Shown here in pieces: positions 27,973 through 38,330 of a stretch of 64,000 nucleotides of DNA (its first letter is position 1; each line of letters opens with the position of its first letter). Where the stretch lies: contig CP182352.1 of NCBI GenBank assembly GCA_048571215.1, forward strand, positions 1,216,001 through 1,280,000, in the 5' to 3' direction. Position numbers and translations under genes: made by a program. The notes under the pieces are model-generated. The model saw only the letters and a program-made list of their open reading frames with translations, was not told the DNA's origin and searched no databases. The DNA is from Halarcobacter sp. (GTDB lineage Bacteria > Campylobacterota > Campylobacteria > Campylobacterales > Arcobacteraceae).

Positions 27973-29187
27973 ATGAGAAATTTTATAACTTATTCTAAAT
28001 CATTAAACATTATAAATAACTTTGAATTCAAAGCAAAAACTAAGGAAAAAGTATTTGTATCAAATAGTATTGATAGAATCGTAGCTGACGATATTATTGC
28101 GGTTGAAAATTCACCAATCTATCCAACATCATCAATGGATGGTTATGCAATAAGATTTGATGATCAAAAACTAAAAACTTTAGAGATAATAGATAAAAAT
28201 CCTGCTGGAAGTGTATCTAATTCAATAGTAGAAAAAGGTACAACTATCAAAACTTTTACTGGTTCTTTAATCCCAGAAGGTAGTGATACTTTAATTCCAA
28301 TTGAAAAAGTTGAAGTTATTGATAATAAAATTAAGATTCTTGAAGAGGTGCCTAAAGCTTATGCGATTAGAGAGGTAGGTGAAAACTACAAAGTAAATGA
28401 GATTTTAATTAAGAAAGGTCAACTTCTAAGTTTTGCTCATATTGGTGTAATGGCTTCTTTAAATATCTCACAAGTTAATGTATATACTAAAGCAACAGTA
28501 GCAATAGCAAGTACAGGAAGTGAGATTTTAGATTTGGGAGATATTCAAACTAATGAATCTCAAATTAGAAGTTCTAATCATATAACTATAGAAGCTTTAG
28601 CAAAAAAAGCGGGTGCAAATGTTCTTCAAATGGGTGTAGTAAAAGATGATATGGATTCAATCACAAATCTTTTAGAAAATGGCTTAGCAAAAGCTGATAT
28701 AGTTGTTACAACTGGTGGAGTATCTGTTGGAGATTATGATTTTGTACAAGATGTGGTAAAAAAAAGACTCAATGCAGAACTTTTATTTCATGGAGTTTTA
28801 ATAAAGCCAGGGATGCATATACTTGTAGCTAAAAAAGATGGAAAGATTATTTTATCTTTGCCAGGGTTTGCTTATTCTTCAACTGTATGTGCAATCTTGT
28901 ATCTATTACCTTTAATATATAAGTATAACAATAGTGATAAAAAACTACCAATAGTTGATGCAATTATTGATGAAGATCTAACTAATAAAACAAATAAACT
29001 CTCTTTTATAGCAGCTAATGTTAGATATAAAGAGGGAAAATATTTGGTTGATTTAGAAGATAAAAAGAAAGGTTCTAGTGCAATACTAACTAATCTTCTT
29101 GGAAATACAGCCCTAATAATTGCAGAAGCCTCAAAAGAGTATAAAAAAGGTGACACCCTTCAAATACTACTTTTAAACCAATTGTAG
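27973..29187 (+). CDS. moeA: Molybdopterin molybdotransferase
   Basis: SSMDGYA, STGSE, TTGGVSVGDYD, IKPG and LPG; divergent from the Mo-dependent soxC. Confidence 0.93.
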   Translation: MRNFITYSKSLNIINNFEFKAKTKEKVFVSNSIDRIVADDIIAVENSPIYPTSSMDGYAIRFDDQKLKTLEIIDKNPAGSVSNSIVEKGTTIKTFTGSLIPEGSDTLIPIEKVEVIDNKIKILEEVPKAYAIREVGENYKVNEILIKKGQLLSFAHIGVMASLNISQVNVYTKATVAIASTGSEILDLGDIQTNESQIRSSNHITIEALAKKAGANVLQMGVVKDDMDSITNLLENGLAKADIVVTTGGVSVGDYDFVQDVVKKRLNAELLFHGVLIKPGMHILVAKKDGKIILSLPGFAYSSTVCAILYLLPLIYKYNNSDKKLPIVDAIIDEDLTNKTNKLSFIAANVRYKEGKYLVDLEDKKKGSSAILTNLLGNTALIIAEASKEYKKGDTLQILLLNQL

Positions 29188-29195
29188 AAAATATT

Positions 29196-30095
29196 ATGAC
29201 TAGTAATATAAAGATATATTTTTTTTTAGCACTTTGTGTATTGTTTTGGTCTGGTAACTTTGTTATTGGTAGGTTTATAAGTGGTGGAGTTGAACCCTTA
29301 GAGTTGGCATTTTTTAGATGGTTATTTGTTTGTATCTTTTTATTGCCTAGTTTATTGTTTTTAGACTTAAAAAAAATATTTAATTATTTAAAAACTAATC
29401 TACTTTTTTTTATTCTTATCTCTTTTCTTGGTATAACACTATTTAATACTATTGTATATATAGCTTTACAAAGTACAAAAGCTACTAATGCTTTGCTTAT
29501 TAATTCTATTGTTCCAATTTTGATACTAATATTATCTTTTTTGATACTAAAAACAAAAATTACAAAAATACAAGTTGGTGGGATAGTATTATCAACTATT
29601 GGTGTAGTGTTTTTAGTATTAAAAGGAGATTTCTTTAAAATATTTGAAATCGAATTTAATAAAGGTGATTTATGGATTTTGCTTAGTTCAACAGTTTGGG
29701 CTTTATATTCTGTTGTTCTAAAATTTAAACCTAAAGGAATTAAACACTTGGAGTTATTTGTAATAATAGTTTATTTAGGTTTTTTATTACTTCTTCCTTG
29801 GTATTTATCTCAAGGGTTTACTTTAGAAAAAGAGATTATGATATTTAAACAAAACTGGTATTTTTTCATTTATGTATCATTTTTTGCATCATTATTATCT
29901 TTTTATTTTTGGCATATGGGTATTGAAAATATTGGAGCAGAAAGAACTGGACAGTTTACTCATCTAATGCCTATTTTTGGAGCAATATTAGCATATATAT
30001 TTTTAGATGAAAGGTTAGAATATTATCATATTATAGGTGCATTACTTATAGGTTTTGGTATATATTTATCTTTATTTTTAAAAAAAGTTGATTGA
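29196..30095 (+). CDS. DMT (EamA) family transporter
   Basis: About 10 TM segments; FWSGNF and LAFFRW. Confidence 0.88.
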   Translation: MTSNIKIYFFLALCVLFWSGNFVIGRFISGGVEPLELAFFRWLFVCIFLLPSLLFLDLKKIFNYLKTNLLFFILISFLGITLFNTIVYIALQSTKATNALLINSIVPILILILSFLILKTKITKIQVGGIVLSTIGVVFLVLKGDFFKIFEIEFNKGDLWILLSSTVWALYSVVLKFKPKGIKHLELFVIIVYLGFLLLLPWYLSQGFTLEKEIMIFKQNWYFFIYVSFFASLLSFYFWHMGIENIGAERTGQFTHLMPIFGAILAYIFLDERLEYYHIIGALLIGFGIYLSLFLKKVD

Positions 30096-30118
30096 TAAAT
30101 CTATTTTATTACTCTTAT

Positions 30119-30150
30119 AAAACTATCTTTATTATTTAAAAGATAGTTTT
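30119..30150. terminator. Bidirectional terminator between convergent genes
   Basis: AAAACTATCTTT-N8-AAAGATAGTTTT. Confidence 0.55.
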
Positions 30151-31321
30151 ATTTTCCACAACAAGAACTTTCGCTTGAACAACAACTTTGTTTTTTATTT
30201 AAAAATGGTTTTAATAGATAATAAAAGATTAAAGCTATTAGAACAATTGATGAAACTCTATTTAATATAGAAACTTCTTCTACTTTAGATGATAGTGATA
30301 AAATTTCTAAGTTTGCAAAAGTCATATCAAAAAGAAATCCAAAGACAAGTGAAAGTATAGCAATAGTAGATACATAAATTATTAAAGAGGTTCTTCCTAA
30401 CATTTTATACACTATACTCATGGTAACAGCACTTGTTGCAGGACCTGCAGTTAAAAATATAAAAGCAGCCCCTGCACTCATACCTTGTAACATAAATGCT
30501 GCTGCTATTGGCAATGAAGCTGTTGCACAAGTATATAAAGGAATTGCAAAAATTAATATCACAAAATATGTTAAATATTGATTTTCAAAAAGAAGCGTTG
30601 AGTACTCTTTGGGAACAAAGCTTGTAAATAATGCACCTAAGATTAGTCCTATAGCTAAAGCTTTGACCATATCTGAAAAAAGTGTTACATAAGCGTATGT
30701 GAATACAGCTTTGATAGAAAAAGATTTTTTTTCATTTGAAGAGCAACAAGAACTTGAAGCAGTTGAACTACAACAACTACTCTCTTTCTCTTCAATAGGT
30801 TTTGTGGTAAAAAACTGTGGTTTTACCTCTTCTTTTTTTTCACTAGAAGAGCAACAACTAGATGTAGAACTACAGCAACTTTTCTCTTGCACTATATCTT
30901 CATTGTTTTTATTTTCTACAAAGTTTTGAATAAGTCCCACAATAATAGCAATAATGACGGAACTAACTATTCTAAAAATTGTAAAAATCAAGCCAAAAAA
31001 TGAAAAGGTTGCAAGAATTGAATCAACACCTGTAATTGGTGTAGAGATTAAAAAACTTTGTACAGCACCTTTACTTGCACCCTCTTTTCTTAAGCCTTGT
31101 GCTATTGGTATAACAGAACAAGAACAAACAGGAAGTGGTATCCCAAATATAGTTGCTTTTATAACTGAACCTGTAGAATCCTTCCCCAGATTTTTTGATA
31201 CAAAATCATCGGGGATTAGTTGTTTTAATATTCCTGCAAAAAAAAGCCCAACAATAATATATATTGACATGGCATCTGTTAGTAGAAAAAAGTTTTTTAT
31301 AAATTCATTTAAATATTCCAT
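30149..31321 (-). CDS. ArsP/DUF318-type metal permease (SO_0444-like) with Cys-Cys-rich linker
   Basis: PLPVCSCSVIP, PLYTCATAS and AGPAT; six CC pairs. Confidence 0.85.
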   Translation of the reverse strand: MEYLNEFIKNFFLLTDAMSIYIIVGLFFAGILKQLIPDDFVSKNLGKDSTGSVIKATIFGIPLPVCSCSVIPIAQGLRKEGASKGAVQSFLISTPITGVDSILATFSFFGLIFTIFRIVSSVIIAIIVGLIQNFVENKNNEDIVQEKSCCSSTSSCCSSSEKKEEVKPQFFTTKPIEEKESSCCSSTASSSCCSSNEKKSFSIKAVFTYAYVTLFSDMVKALAIGLILGALFTSFVPKEYSTLLFENQYLTYFVILIFAIPLYTCATASLPIAAAFMLQGMSAGAAFIFLTAGPATSAVTMSIVYKMLGRTSLIIYVSTIAILSLVFGFLFDMTFANLEILSLSSKVEEVSILNRVSSIVLIALIFYYLLKPFLNKKQSCCSSESSCCGK

Positions 31322-31324
31322 AAT

Positions 31325-32683
31325 TTACTCTTCTAGGTATTTTTTATTATCTATTCTTTTTTTGGCTTTAATTCCTAGTTCAATAAACTCTTCACTTCGT
31401 CTAAGTAAATTTCCTTTACCAGTGGATAGTTTATTTAAAGCATCATCATATGCCTTTTGACTTCTTGCAATATTTGTACCTATTGCCTCTATATCAGTTA
31501 CAAAGCCTGCAAACTTATCATATAAATCTGCTGCTTTTTTAGAGATAAGTAAGGCATTTTCATTTTGGTGTTCATATCTCCAAATATTTTCTATGGTTCT
31601 AAGTGTTGCAAAAAGTGTTGATGGAGATACCAGCATAATATTGCTTTCAAAAGCTGTTTTAAATAGATGATTGTCTTTTGATGCTGCAAGCATAAAAGCA
31701 CCCTCTATAGGGATAAACATAATTACGAAATCTAAAGTTTTTACTTCATCTATATTTTCGTAACTTTTTTGGCTAAGTTGCTTGATATGTGTGTAGATTG
31801 ATTTTATTAACTCTTTTTGGGCTTGCTCTTTTTCTAAAACCTCTTCACTTTCATTATATCTAATATATGCAGTTAGTGATACTTTTGAATCTATAACTAT
31901 ATCTTTATCTTGTGGAAGATGTACAATAACATCAGGTCTTAGTCTTTTCCCTTGTTCATCGGTATAAGAACCTTGTGTTGAGTACTCTATACCCTCTCTT
32001 AGACCTGTTTGTTCAAGTATTTTTGAAAGAATCAATTCTCCCCAATCCCCTTGGGTTTTATTTTCCCCTTTTAAAGCTTTTGTCAGGTTTATAGCATCTT
32101 GAGAAATTTGTTGGTTTAAAGATTTTAGATTTTTAATTTCAGTTAATAAAGAAACTCTTTGTTTTGTCTCTTCATTATAAATATCATCCACCCTTTTCCC
32201 AAAATTTGAAAGTTGATCTTTAAAAGGTGTTAAAAGTTGTGTTAGATTATTTGTAGATTTTTTAGCATTTTCTTCAAATAGTTTATTTGCAAGGTTTTCA
32301 AACTCCCCTTTTAATCTCTCTTTTGAGTTTTCAAGGAGTTCAATTTTTTCTTTTAAGTTTTCCTCTTTTATTGAAAATTCATTTTCTAATTGTTCTTGTT
32401 TTGAAAGTGCCCTATTCTTTTCATATGATAAGCTATCTTCAAATCTTGATTCTAAGATATCAATTTTCTCTTTATAGTAATTCTCTTGATTTTCCAACTC
32501 TTGTTGGGTTTTAGAGATTATTTCTTTGTAGTTTTCTATTATAGATTGGTAAGAGTTTGCACTAAGAGAAAACTTCTCTTCTAATAGTGCTATTTTTTGA
32601 CGTAAAATAAGCCATAGGATTAATCCCCCTATTATTACGCCAATAATAAAAGCAATAATTGCTATTAACTCAGAATTAGGCAT
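31325..32683 (-). CDS. rmuC: DNA recombination protein RmuC
   Basis: N-terminal TM and coiled coil; QGDWGE, RPDVIVHLP, IDSKVS and DFVIMFIP. Confidence 0.93.
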   Translation of the reverse strand: MPNSELIAIIAFIIGVIIGGLILWLILRQKIALLEEKFSLSANSYQSIIENYKEIISKTQQELENQENYYKEKIDILESRFEDSLSYEKNRALSKQEQLENEFSIKEENLKEKIELLENSKERLKGEFENLANKLFEENAKKSTNNLTQLLTPFKDQLSNFGKRVDDIYNEETKQRVSLLTEIKNLKSLNQQISQDAINLTKALKGENKTQGDWGELILSKILEQTGLREGIEYSTQGSYTDEQGKRLRPDVIVHLPQDKDIVIDSKVSLTAYIRYNESEEVLEKEQAQKELIKSIYTHIKQLSQKSYENIDEVKTLDFVIMFIPIEGAFMLAASKDNHLFKTAFESNIMLVSPSTLFATLRTIENIWRYEHQNENALLISKKAADLYDKFAGFVTDIEAIGTNIARSQKAYDDALNKLSTGKGNLLRRSEEFIELGIKAKKRIDNKKYLEE

Positions 32684-33932
32684 CTACTTCACTACTAAAT
32701 ATACTATCTTTCATCGCTTCATCACTATTTGAATGTACATCATATCCAAGCTCTTTAAATCTTTCAACTAAAGGTGGATGTGAATAATAAAAGAAAATAT
32801 AAACAGGATGTGATAATGGAAATGATTTATTCTCATTTGCAAGTTTTAATAAAGCATTTACCAAATCTTGTTTTGATTGCATATTTGAGCCAAACTCATC
32901 TGCTGCATATTCATTGTGTCTTGAGATTAAAGAGATAAGTGGCATTAGGAAAAATGATAAAATAGGTGAAAATATCAAGAAAAATGTAATAATCGCATAT
33001 GGTTCATTGTTTAGATGTAAACCTAAAAATATCTCATCACTAAGGTTTCCAAATATTGCAAAAAATACAAACATAACAATACCCATGATACCTATGTTTT
33101 TTAAGATATCTCCATTTTTAAAGTGACCCAATTCGTGTCCAAGTACCGCAAGAAGTTCATTGTGAGTTAGTTTTTCGATTAGGGTATCAAATAAAACTAC
33201 CCTTTTTGTACTTCCCAGACCTCCAAAATAGGCATTTAGTCTATTGTCTCTTTTACTTGCATCAACAGAAAATACCCCAGAGCTTTTAAATCCAACTTGT
33301 GAAAGTAGATTGTTTATTTTCTCTTCTAACTCTTTATCTTTTAAAGGTTCAAATTTATCATACATCTTATCTCTAATAACTGGATAAAGCATATTTATCA
33401 ATATAATAACAGCAAAGATAAAGACAAATCCCCAAATCCACCAAGCATCAAAGCTTGTAATAATCCATGAAACTATACCAATAACAGCTGAACCAAAAAC
33501 TAAAAACAAGATTCCAGTTTTTATTGTATCTTTAATATAAAGCGCTGGTGTCATATTTGAAAACCCATACTTTTTATCAAGCTTAAAAGTTGAATAAAGT
33601 TCAAAAGGAAGCCCCAAAATCCAATTTATAACAATAAATGCATCAACATAAACTATGGCTTTTAACCAAGATGATTCTATAGTTATCAATGAATCTAAAC
33701 TTGATAAACCAAAAGCTATCCAGAAAAAGAAGATAACAAAGTTATAAAAATTACTAACAATTGCAATTTTTTCCTTTTCTACTGAGTAATTTGCAGCTTC
33801 AATATATTTTGATGTATCTAATATAATAGCTTGTAAACCTCTTGCTTTTTGTACATATCCTATTTGCATAAAAGAGGTATAAATACTAACAGCAAAATAG
33901 AGGCAATATCCTATAACAAAAATTTCTAACAA
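32676..33932 (-). CDS. M48 family (Ste24-like) membrane metallopeptidase
   Basis: NAYFGG, HELGH, EYAAD and SHPPLVER. Confidence 0.93.
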   Translation of the reverse strand: MLEIFVIGYCLYFAVSIYTSFMQIGYVQKARGLQAIILDTSKYIEAANYSVEKEKIAIVSNFYNFVIFFFWIAFGLSSLDSLITIESSWLKAIVYVDAFIVINWILGLPFELYSTFKLDKKYGFSNMTPALYIKDTIKTGILFLVFGSAVIGIVSWIITSFDAWWIWGFVFIFAVIILINMLYPVIRDKMYDKFEPLKDKELEEKINNLLSQVGFKSSGVFSVDASKRDNRLNAYFGGLGSTKRVVLFDTLIEKLTHNELLAVLGHELGHFKNGDILKNIGIMGIVMFVFFAIFGNLSDEIFLGLHLNNEPYAIITFFLIFSPILSFFLMPLISLISRHNEYAADEFGSNMQSKQDLVNALLKLANENKSFPLSHPVYIFFYYSHPPLVERFKELGYDVHSNSDEAMKDSIFSSEVDA

Positions 33933-33933
33933 T

Positions 33934-34416
33934 TTATTTATCCTTTAAATTTTTTATAAATCTATTTAACTTAGATAAAACATCTTTTTTCGATGTTATA
34001 TATAAGATTTCGTAATTTTCACTAAAAGAGTCTTTAGTCCAGTTTAAACTCCCAAATAAAGCTGTTTTTTTATCAAAAATTGCTAACTTTGTATGGAGTT
34101 TAGCATCATCAATAATGTAGCAATTTATGCCATTTTTTTTAAGAAGCTTATATTCACTACTTTTATCTTTTATTTTTTTACTATCAAAAAAAACATTTAT
34201 TAATACACCATTTTCATGTGCTTTTATAAGAAGTTTTGCCAAACTTTTTTTTGAAAAATTGTACATGGCAACATCAATTTGAGTTTTTGATTCTTTTATT
34301 AAAAGCTCAATATCTTTTATAGCCTTTTTAGACTCATTTGGAAACAGATATATTTTATCATCACAATTAAGTGAAGATAATAATAGTAAGATTATAAATA
34401 GAAGTTTTAATTTCAT
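33934..34416 (-). CDS. Exported single-HKD phospholipase D family nuclease (Nuc-like)
   Basis: HTKLAIFD, GSLNWT and NYE; signal peptide from MKLKLL. Confidence 0.85.
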   Translation of the reverse strand: MKLKLLFIILLLLSSLNCDDKIYLFPNESKKAIKDIELLIKESKTQIDVAMYNFSKKSLAKLLIKAHENGVLINVFFDSKKIKDKSSEYKLLKKNGINCYIIDDAKLHTKLAIFDKKTALFGSLNWTKDSFSENYEILYITSKKDVLSKLNRFIKNLKDK

Positions 34417-34417
34417 T

Positions 34418-34786
34418 TTAATCTTCACCAAATAGTTGTATCAACTCTTGTGGAATTCTTGTAGGTTTCATATTTTTTAAATAAACAACTAAAATATTTG
34501 CTTTGAAGATAAGCTCTTCATCTCTTTTTATCTCTTGTTCAATTAAAAGAGAAGTATTTTTTCTTTTTATAAGTTTAGCACTAACTTCTAATTCATCCCC
34601 AAAAACAGCAGGTTTGATATAATCAGCTTCAACTTTTTTTACAACAAAAAATTCATCTTTATTGTGTGGACTTAAACCCTTTTGAAAAAAAAGCTCAGAT
34701 CTTGCTCTTTCACAATAGTTTAAATAAATAGAGTGGTAAACAACCCCACCACAATCTGTATCTTCATAATACACGCGAATCTTCAT
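34418..34786 (-). CDS. YbgC/FadM family acyl-CoA thioesterase
   Basis: RVYYEDTDCGGVVYH and ERAR. Confidence 0.9.
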   Translation of the reverse strand: MKIRVYYEDTDCGGVVYHSIYLNYCERARSELFFQKGLSPHNKDEFFVVKKVEADYIKPAVFGDELEVSAKLIKRKNTSLLIEQEIKRDEELIFKANILVVYLKNMKPTRIPQELIQLFGED

Positions 34787-34960
34787 CTCTATAAGTCCCT
34801 TTACATCAAATGTTGAATTATATCAGGATTTATATTTTAGTTTTATTTCATGTTCATGTAGTTATTATTTGCTATTTATTCTTAAAATATATGAAACATG
34901 GATTTATAAAGATACTGATATAATTACAATGATTATGTATATTTTCTATTTAGGTACTGA

Positions 34961-35962
34961 ATGAAACTTAACACACTTAACAAATTTTTTAAATATTCAG
35001 GAATATATTTATATTTATTTATCTTGATAGTTATTCTTTTAATTGTAAATAAAATTACGTCTGAAGATGAACTATATAATAAAATTCTTAATTCAAGCTC
35101 TTATGTACAAAGCTCCTCTTATAACAAAAATAGTTTAATTTACATAACTGATACAATTAAAGTTAAAGGAAATATTACAGATGAAGATAATATTTATAAT
35201 CTTAATGATGCTGTACTATTAAGAAAAAAAGTAGAAATGTATTCTTGGGTTAGAAAGTTTATAAACAAGCATACAAGATATGAAAAAAATTGGGAAACTC
35301 AATTTAGTGAAAAACCATCTTTATTAACTGACAATTATAATAATCCCTGGCCAAGAAAAAAACTTGGAGTTTTTTATTATTACCCAGATTCTATTTATTT
35401 AAGCAATATTAAAATACCTACAATTAAATTTAAAGCTGATAAATATATAAATGTTCAACTTAAAAATTCTCAATTAAATAAGAACGATGGTTTGTATTAT
35501 TTGTACTTTGGAAAATCCAATTTAAATACCCCTCAAGTAGGAGATATAAGAATACGATATGAATTATATAAAGCAAATCAAAAAACCACTATTTTTTTTA
35601 CTTATTCTGATGATAATATAAATTTTCAAGATGAAATTGTAAAATCAATCTATAATAAAAACCTATTTCTGACATTCTTCAAAGGAGATAAAAAAGATGT
35701 TCTCAATTCATTTTTAGATAATGAATTAAAATGGAAATCTTTGTTACAACTATTGTTAAGTTATTCTCTATTTATTCCAGTTTTTAAGATGCTAATAGTT
35801 ATATTTAATATGAATTTGAAAAAAGAAATATCATCTACATTACTAAAAAACCTCATAGTTTTTTTAATTATAATTCCAAGCTCTATATTAGTTACTTATT
35901 TAATTGTAAAAATTATAAGCATTTTACTTATTAATATATACCTAAAAAAGATACTGTTATAA
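34961..35962 (+). CDS. TMEM43 (LUMA)-like membrane protein
   Basis: LRKKVEMYSW and PQVGDIRIRY resemble TMEM43-family motifs; N-terminal TM and C-terminal TMs. Confidence 0.65.
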   Translation: MKLNTLNKFFKYSGIYLYLFILIVILLIVNKITSEDELYNKILNSSSYVQSSSYNKNSLIYITDTIKVKGNITDEDNIYNLNDAVLLRKKVEMYSWVRKFINKHTRYEKNWETQFSEKPSLLTDNYNNPWPRKKLGVFYYYPDSIYLSNIKIPTIKFKADKYINVQLKNSQLNKNDGLYYLYFGKSNLNTPQVGDIRIRYELYKANQKTTIFFTYSDDNINFQDEIVKSIYNKNLFLTFFKGDKKDVLNSFLDNELKWKSLLQLLLSYSLFIPVFKMLIVIFNMNLKKEISSTLLKNLIVFLIIIPSSILVTYLIVKIISILLINIYLKKILL

Positions 35963-35995
35963 TTCCTTATATTATAAATATCGAAAAGTTTAAAA

Positions 35996-36475
35996 ATGTC
36001 AAACTATCAAAACTATACACTTACTTATATTGGTTTAAGTCGTGTTTTATATGTCATATACTATTTTTTAATCATGTGTTCTGTTGGAGGAGTTTTTGTA
36101 CTTTTAATGGAAAACTGGTTTGCAAAAATTTTAGGATTTTTAATTACATTATTTTTGTTATTAACTGTACTTAATGCTATTTTCTTTAAATCCATAGAAA
36201 TTCATGAAAAAAGAGTTATTTTTAACTGGTATTTTTTTAACAGTGAAATTATTGATAATGAAGATTTATTTGTAATGTTAAAACAAGGCATGGGATGGGG
36301 AGGCTTATTTGCAATTAAAAATAAACAAAAACCTATTATGAGTTGGTTATTTATGAATATATCAATATTTCCATTGGACTATGAAAACTTAGATGATATT
36401 AGAAAAATGTTTATTGACAAAAACTTAGATGTTGGGAAAATCGATGATTGTTGGCCATATAAAATCTTTGCCTAA
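35996..36475 (+). CDS. Hypothetical membrane protein
   Basis: 159-aa ORF with two N-terminal TM segments. Confidence 0.65.
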   Translation: MSNYQNYTLTYIGLSRVLYVIYYFLIMCSVGGVFVLLMENWFAKILGFLITLFLLLTVLNAIFFKSIEIHEKRVIFNWYFFNSEIIDNEDLFVMLKQGMGWGGLFAIKNKQKPIMSWLFMNISIFPLDYENLDDIRKMFIDKNLDVGKIDDCWPYKIFA

Positions 36476-36488
36476 AATCGTGCCCAAA

Positions 36489-36511
36489 TAATTTACAATA
36501 TTTGTAAATTA
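36489..36511. terminator. Inverted repeat after the 35996 ORF
   Basis: TAATTTACAA-TAT-TTGTAAATTA (10-bp perfect arms). Confidence 0.35.
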
Positions 36512-36673
36512 CTTAATTAGCTGGAATAACAAATTACCAAAAAACAACTTTTACGGAAAATTATAGTATAAATCTATTCTCATAATATACTCTTACTTTC
36601 AATTTCTTATCCTTGTTATTTAAAAAGATATTATATCTAATCAAACAAGTTTAAAAATAAAATTTATAAATAG

Positions 36674-37693
36674 TTATTTTACTTGATTCTCTTCTTCAAA
36701 ATCCTCTTTTGATAAGACTACTTTGTTTCTACCCTCTTTTTTTGCCTCATAAAGAGCTAAATCTGCTCTGTGTAATATTGCTTCAAGGTTTGAATCATCA
36801 GCACGCAACATTGTAACACCAATACTTACTGTAAATTTTACTATCTCTTTATTGTTTGCTTCAACTTGAAGGTTTTCAATCTCTTCTCTTATATTTTCAG
36901 CAGCTTTCAATGCACCTCTTTGGGAAGTATTTGGTAATACTGCTGCAAATTCTTCTCCACCAAGTCTTCCGAAAATATCTGATTTTCTTAAGGTATTTGA
37001 ACATTTATGTGCCATTGCTTTTATAACTTCATCACCAGTGGCATGTCCATAGATATCATTTATTAGTTTAAACCTATCAATATCAATCATAAGGATTGCA
37101 AGTTTTTTATTTTCTCTTCTTGCATATCTTATCATTGGTGAAGATGATTCATAAAAACTTCTTCTATTGTTTACCCCTGTAAGGGAGTCTGTTGTTGCTA
37201 AAATTTCTAGTTTTACATTTATATTATTTAGTTCTTTAGTTCTTTTTTCTACTGCACTTTCTAAAACTTTTTGATACTCTTCTAATCTTCTATCTTGTGC
37301 ATTTATTTTTATAGCTTCTAATATAATCAACTCAAAATCCACTCTATCAAATCTTCTTGGAATAATTTGATATATTGAAGCATTGTTTATAATTTGTGCT
37401 AATGATTCTATTGTTAGATTATCTTCAAATAAAATATTTTTTGTGTTTGGAGAGTTTTTATATAGTTCTATAATAAATTTTTCATTAGACATTTTTGTAT
37501 TATTATTACCTAATATAGTTATTAGCACTTCATTTCCAGAGATAATATAATTATAGCAACCTATTAAAGCTTGTTCTACATTAACATAACTTTCAACTAT
37601 ATAATCTGCATCAACAATTCTAGAAATTTTATTGTATAATGAATCTAGAATCTCTATATCATTATCAATGCATGCTATAATAAATTTGCCCAT
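36674..37693 (-). CDS. Diguanylate cyclase with atypical receiver-like N-terminus
   Basis: IACIDND receiver-like start; RKSD I-site and RLGGEEF. Confidence 0.9.
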   Translation of the reverse strand: MGKFIIACIDNDIEILDSLYNKISRIVDADYIVESYVNVEQALIGCYNYIISGNEVLITILGNNNTKMSNEKFIIELYKNSPNTKNILFEDNLTIESLAQIINNASIYQIIPRRFDRVDFELIILEAIKINAQDRRLEEYQKVLESAVEKRTKELNNINVKLEILATTDSLTGVNNRRSFYESSSPMIRYARRENKKLAILMIDIDRFKLINDIYGHATGDEVIKAMAHKCSNTLRKSDIFGRLGGEEFAAVLPNTSQRGALKAAENIREEIENLQVEANNKEIVKFTVSIGVTMLRADDSNLEAILHRADLALYEAKKEGRNKVVLSKEDFEEENQVK

Positions 37694-37911
37694 ATATAAA
37701 ACTCCATACTAATATTAGTTTAAAAAAAACATAATTTTATCTAAAACAAATATAAATCTAAGTTATAAATATATATCAAGAAATAGTATAAAAATTATTT
37801 AAATTAGAAAAATATTATAATATTTAAAATTAAGCTATATATCAATAAACTTTGAATTTATTAGTAAGTTATATATGTAATAAAGAATTTGTAAATTTCT
37901 ATATAAAAGTA

Positions 37912-38112
37912 TTAGTATTTTTTTAGTTTCTCAATTAGTTCTGGCATTTTTTCAGCTATTTGAGTATATTTATATTCAAAACTTTCTATAACTATATCAT
38001 ACAACTTATGATTTTTATATTTTTCATGCCATTTTTCCTCTTTATTTTCATAAAAATTAAAATATTCAAATCTTAACTTGTAAGCTTCTTTTATTAATTG
38101 TTTGCTATTCAA
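37912..38112 (-). CDS. Small hypothetical protein
   Basis: 66-aa ORF with TTG start, AAGG upstream and protein-like composition. Confidence 0.55.
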   Translation of the reverse strand: MNSKQLIKEAYKLRFEYFNFYENKEEKWHEKYKNHKLYDIVIESFEYKYTQIAEKMPELIEKLKKY

Positions 38113-38330
38113 AAAAAACCTTTTTTGCTTGTAGTTATATCAATTTTAGTATTAAAAGCTAGTTATTATTTTGAATAATTACTTTAATAATCTTATAAAG
38201 TTCTAATATTTGTCATGTTAAAGCAGCAAATATTTGCAATAGTAAAAAGTTTTAGAATAGATTTTAAAATAGATAAAATTAGAAAGAGAGGAGCAGTTTT
38301 AGAATCAATCTAATAAGCTCCTTGATCAAA

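Noticed and set aside
31325..34416. rmuC plus PLD nuclease as an anti-phage system
   Set aside because: The PLD protein has a signal peptide like exported Nuc-type nucleases, and both genes lie in a housekeeping-style operon with no helicase or methylase partner.
37694..38330. ncRNA in the long AT-rich intergenic stretches around the 37912 ORF
   Set aside because: No GC-rich structured segment or recognisable RNA motif, apart from a probable terminator hairpin just after the MCP gene.
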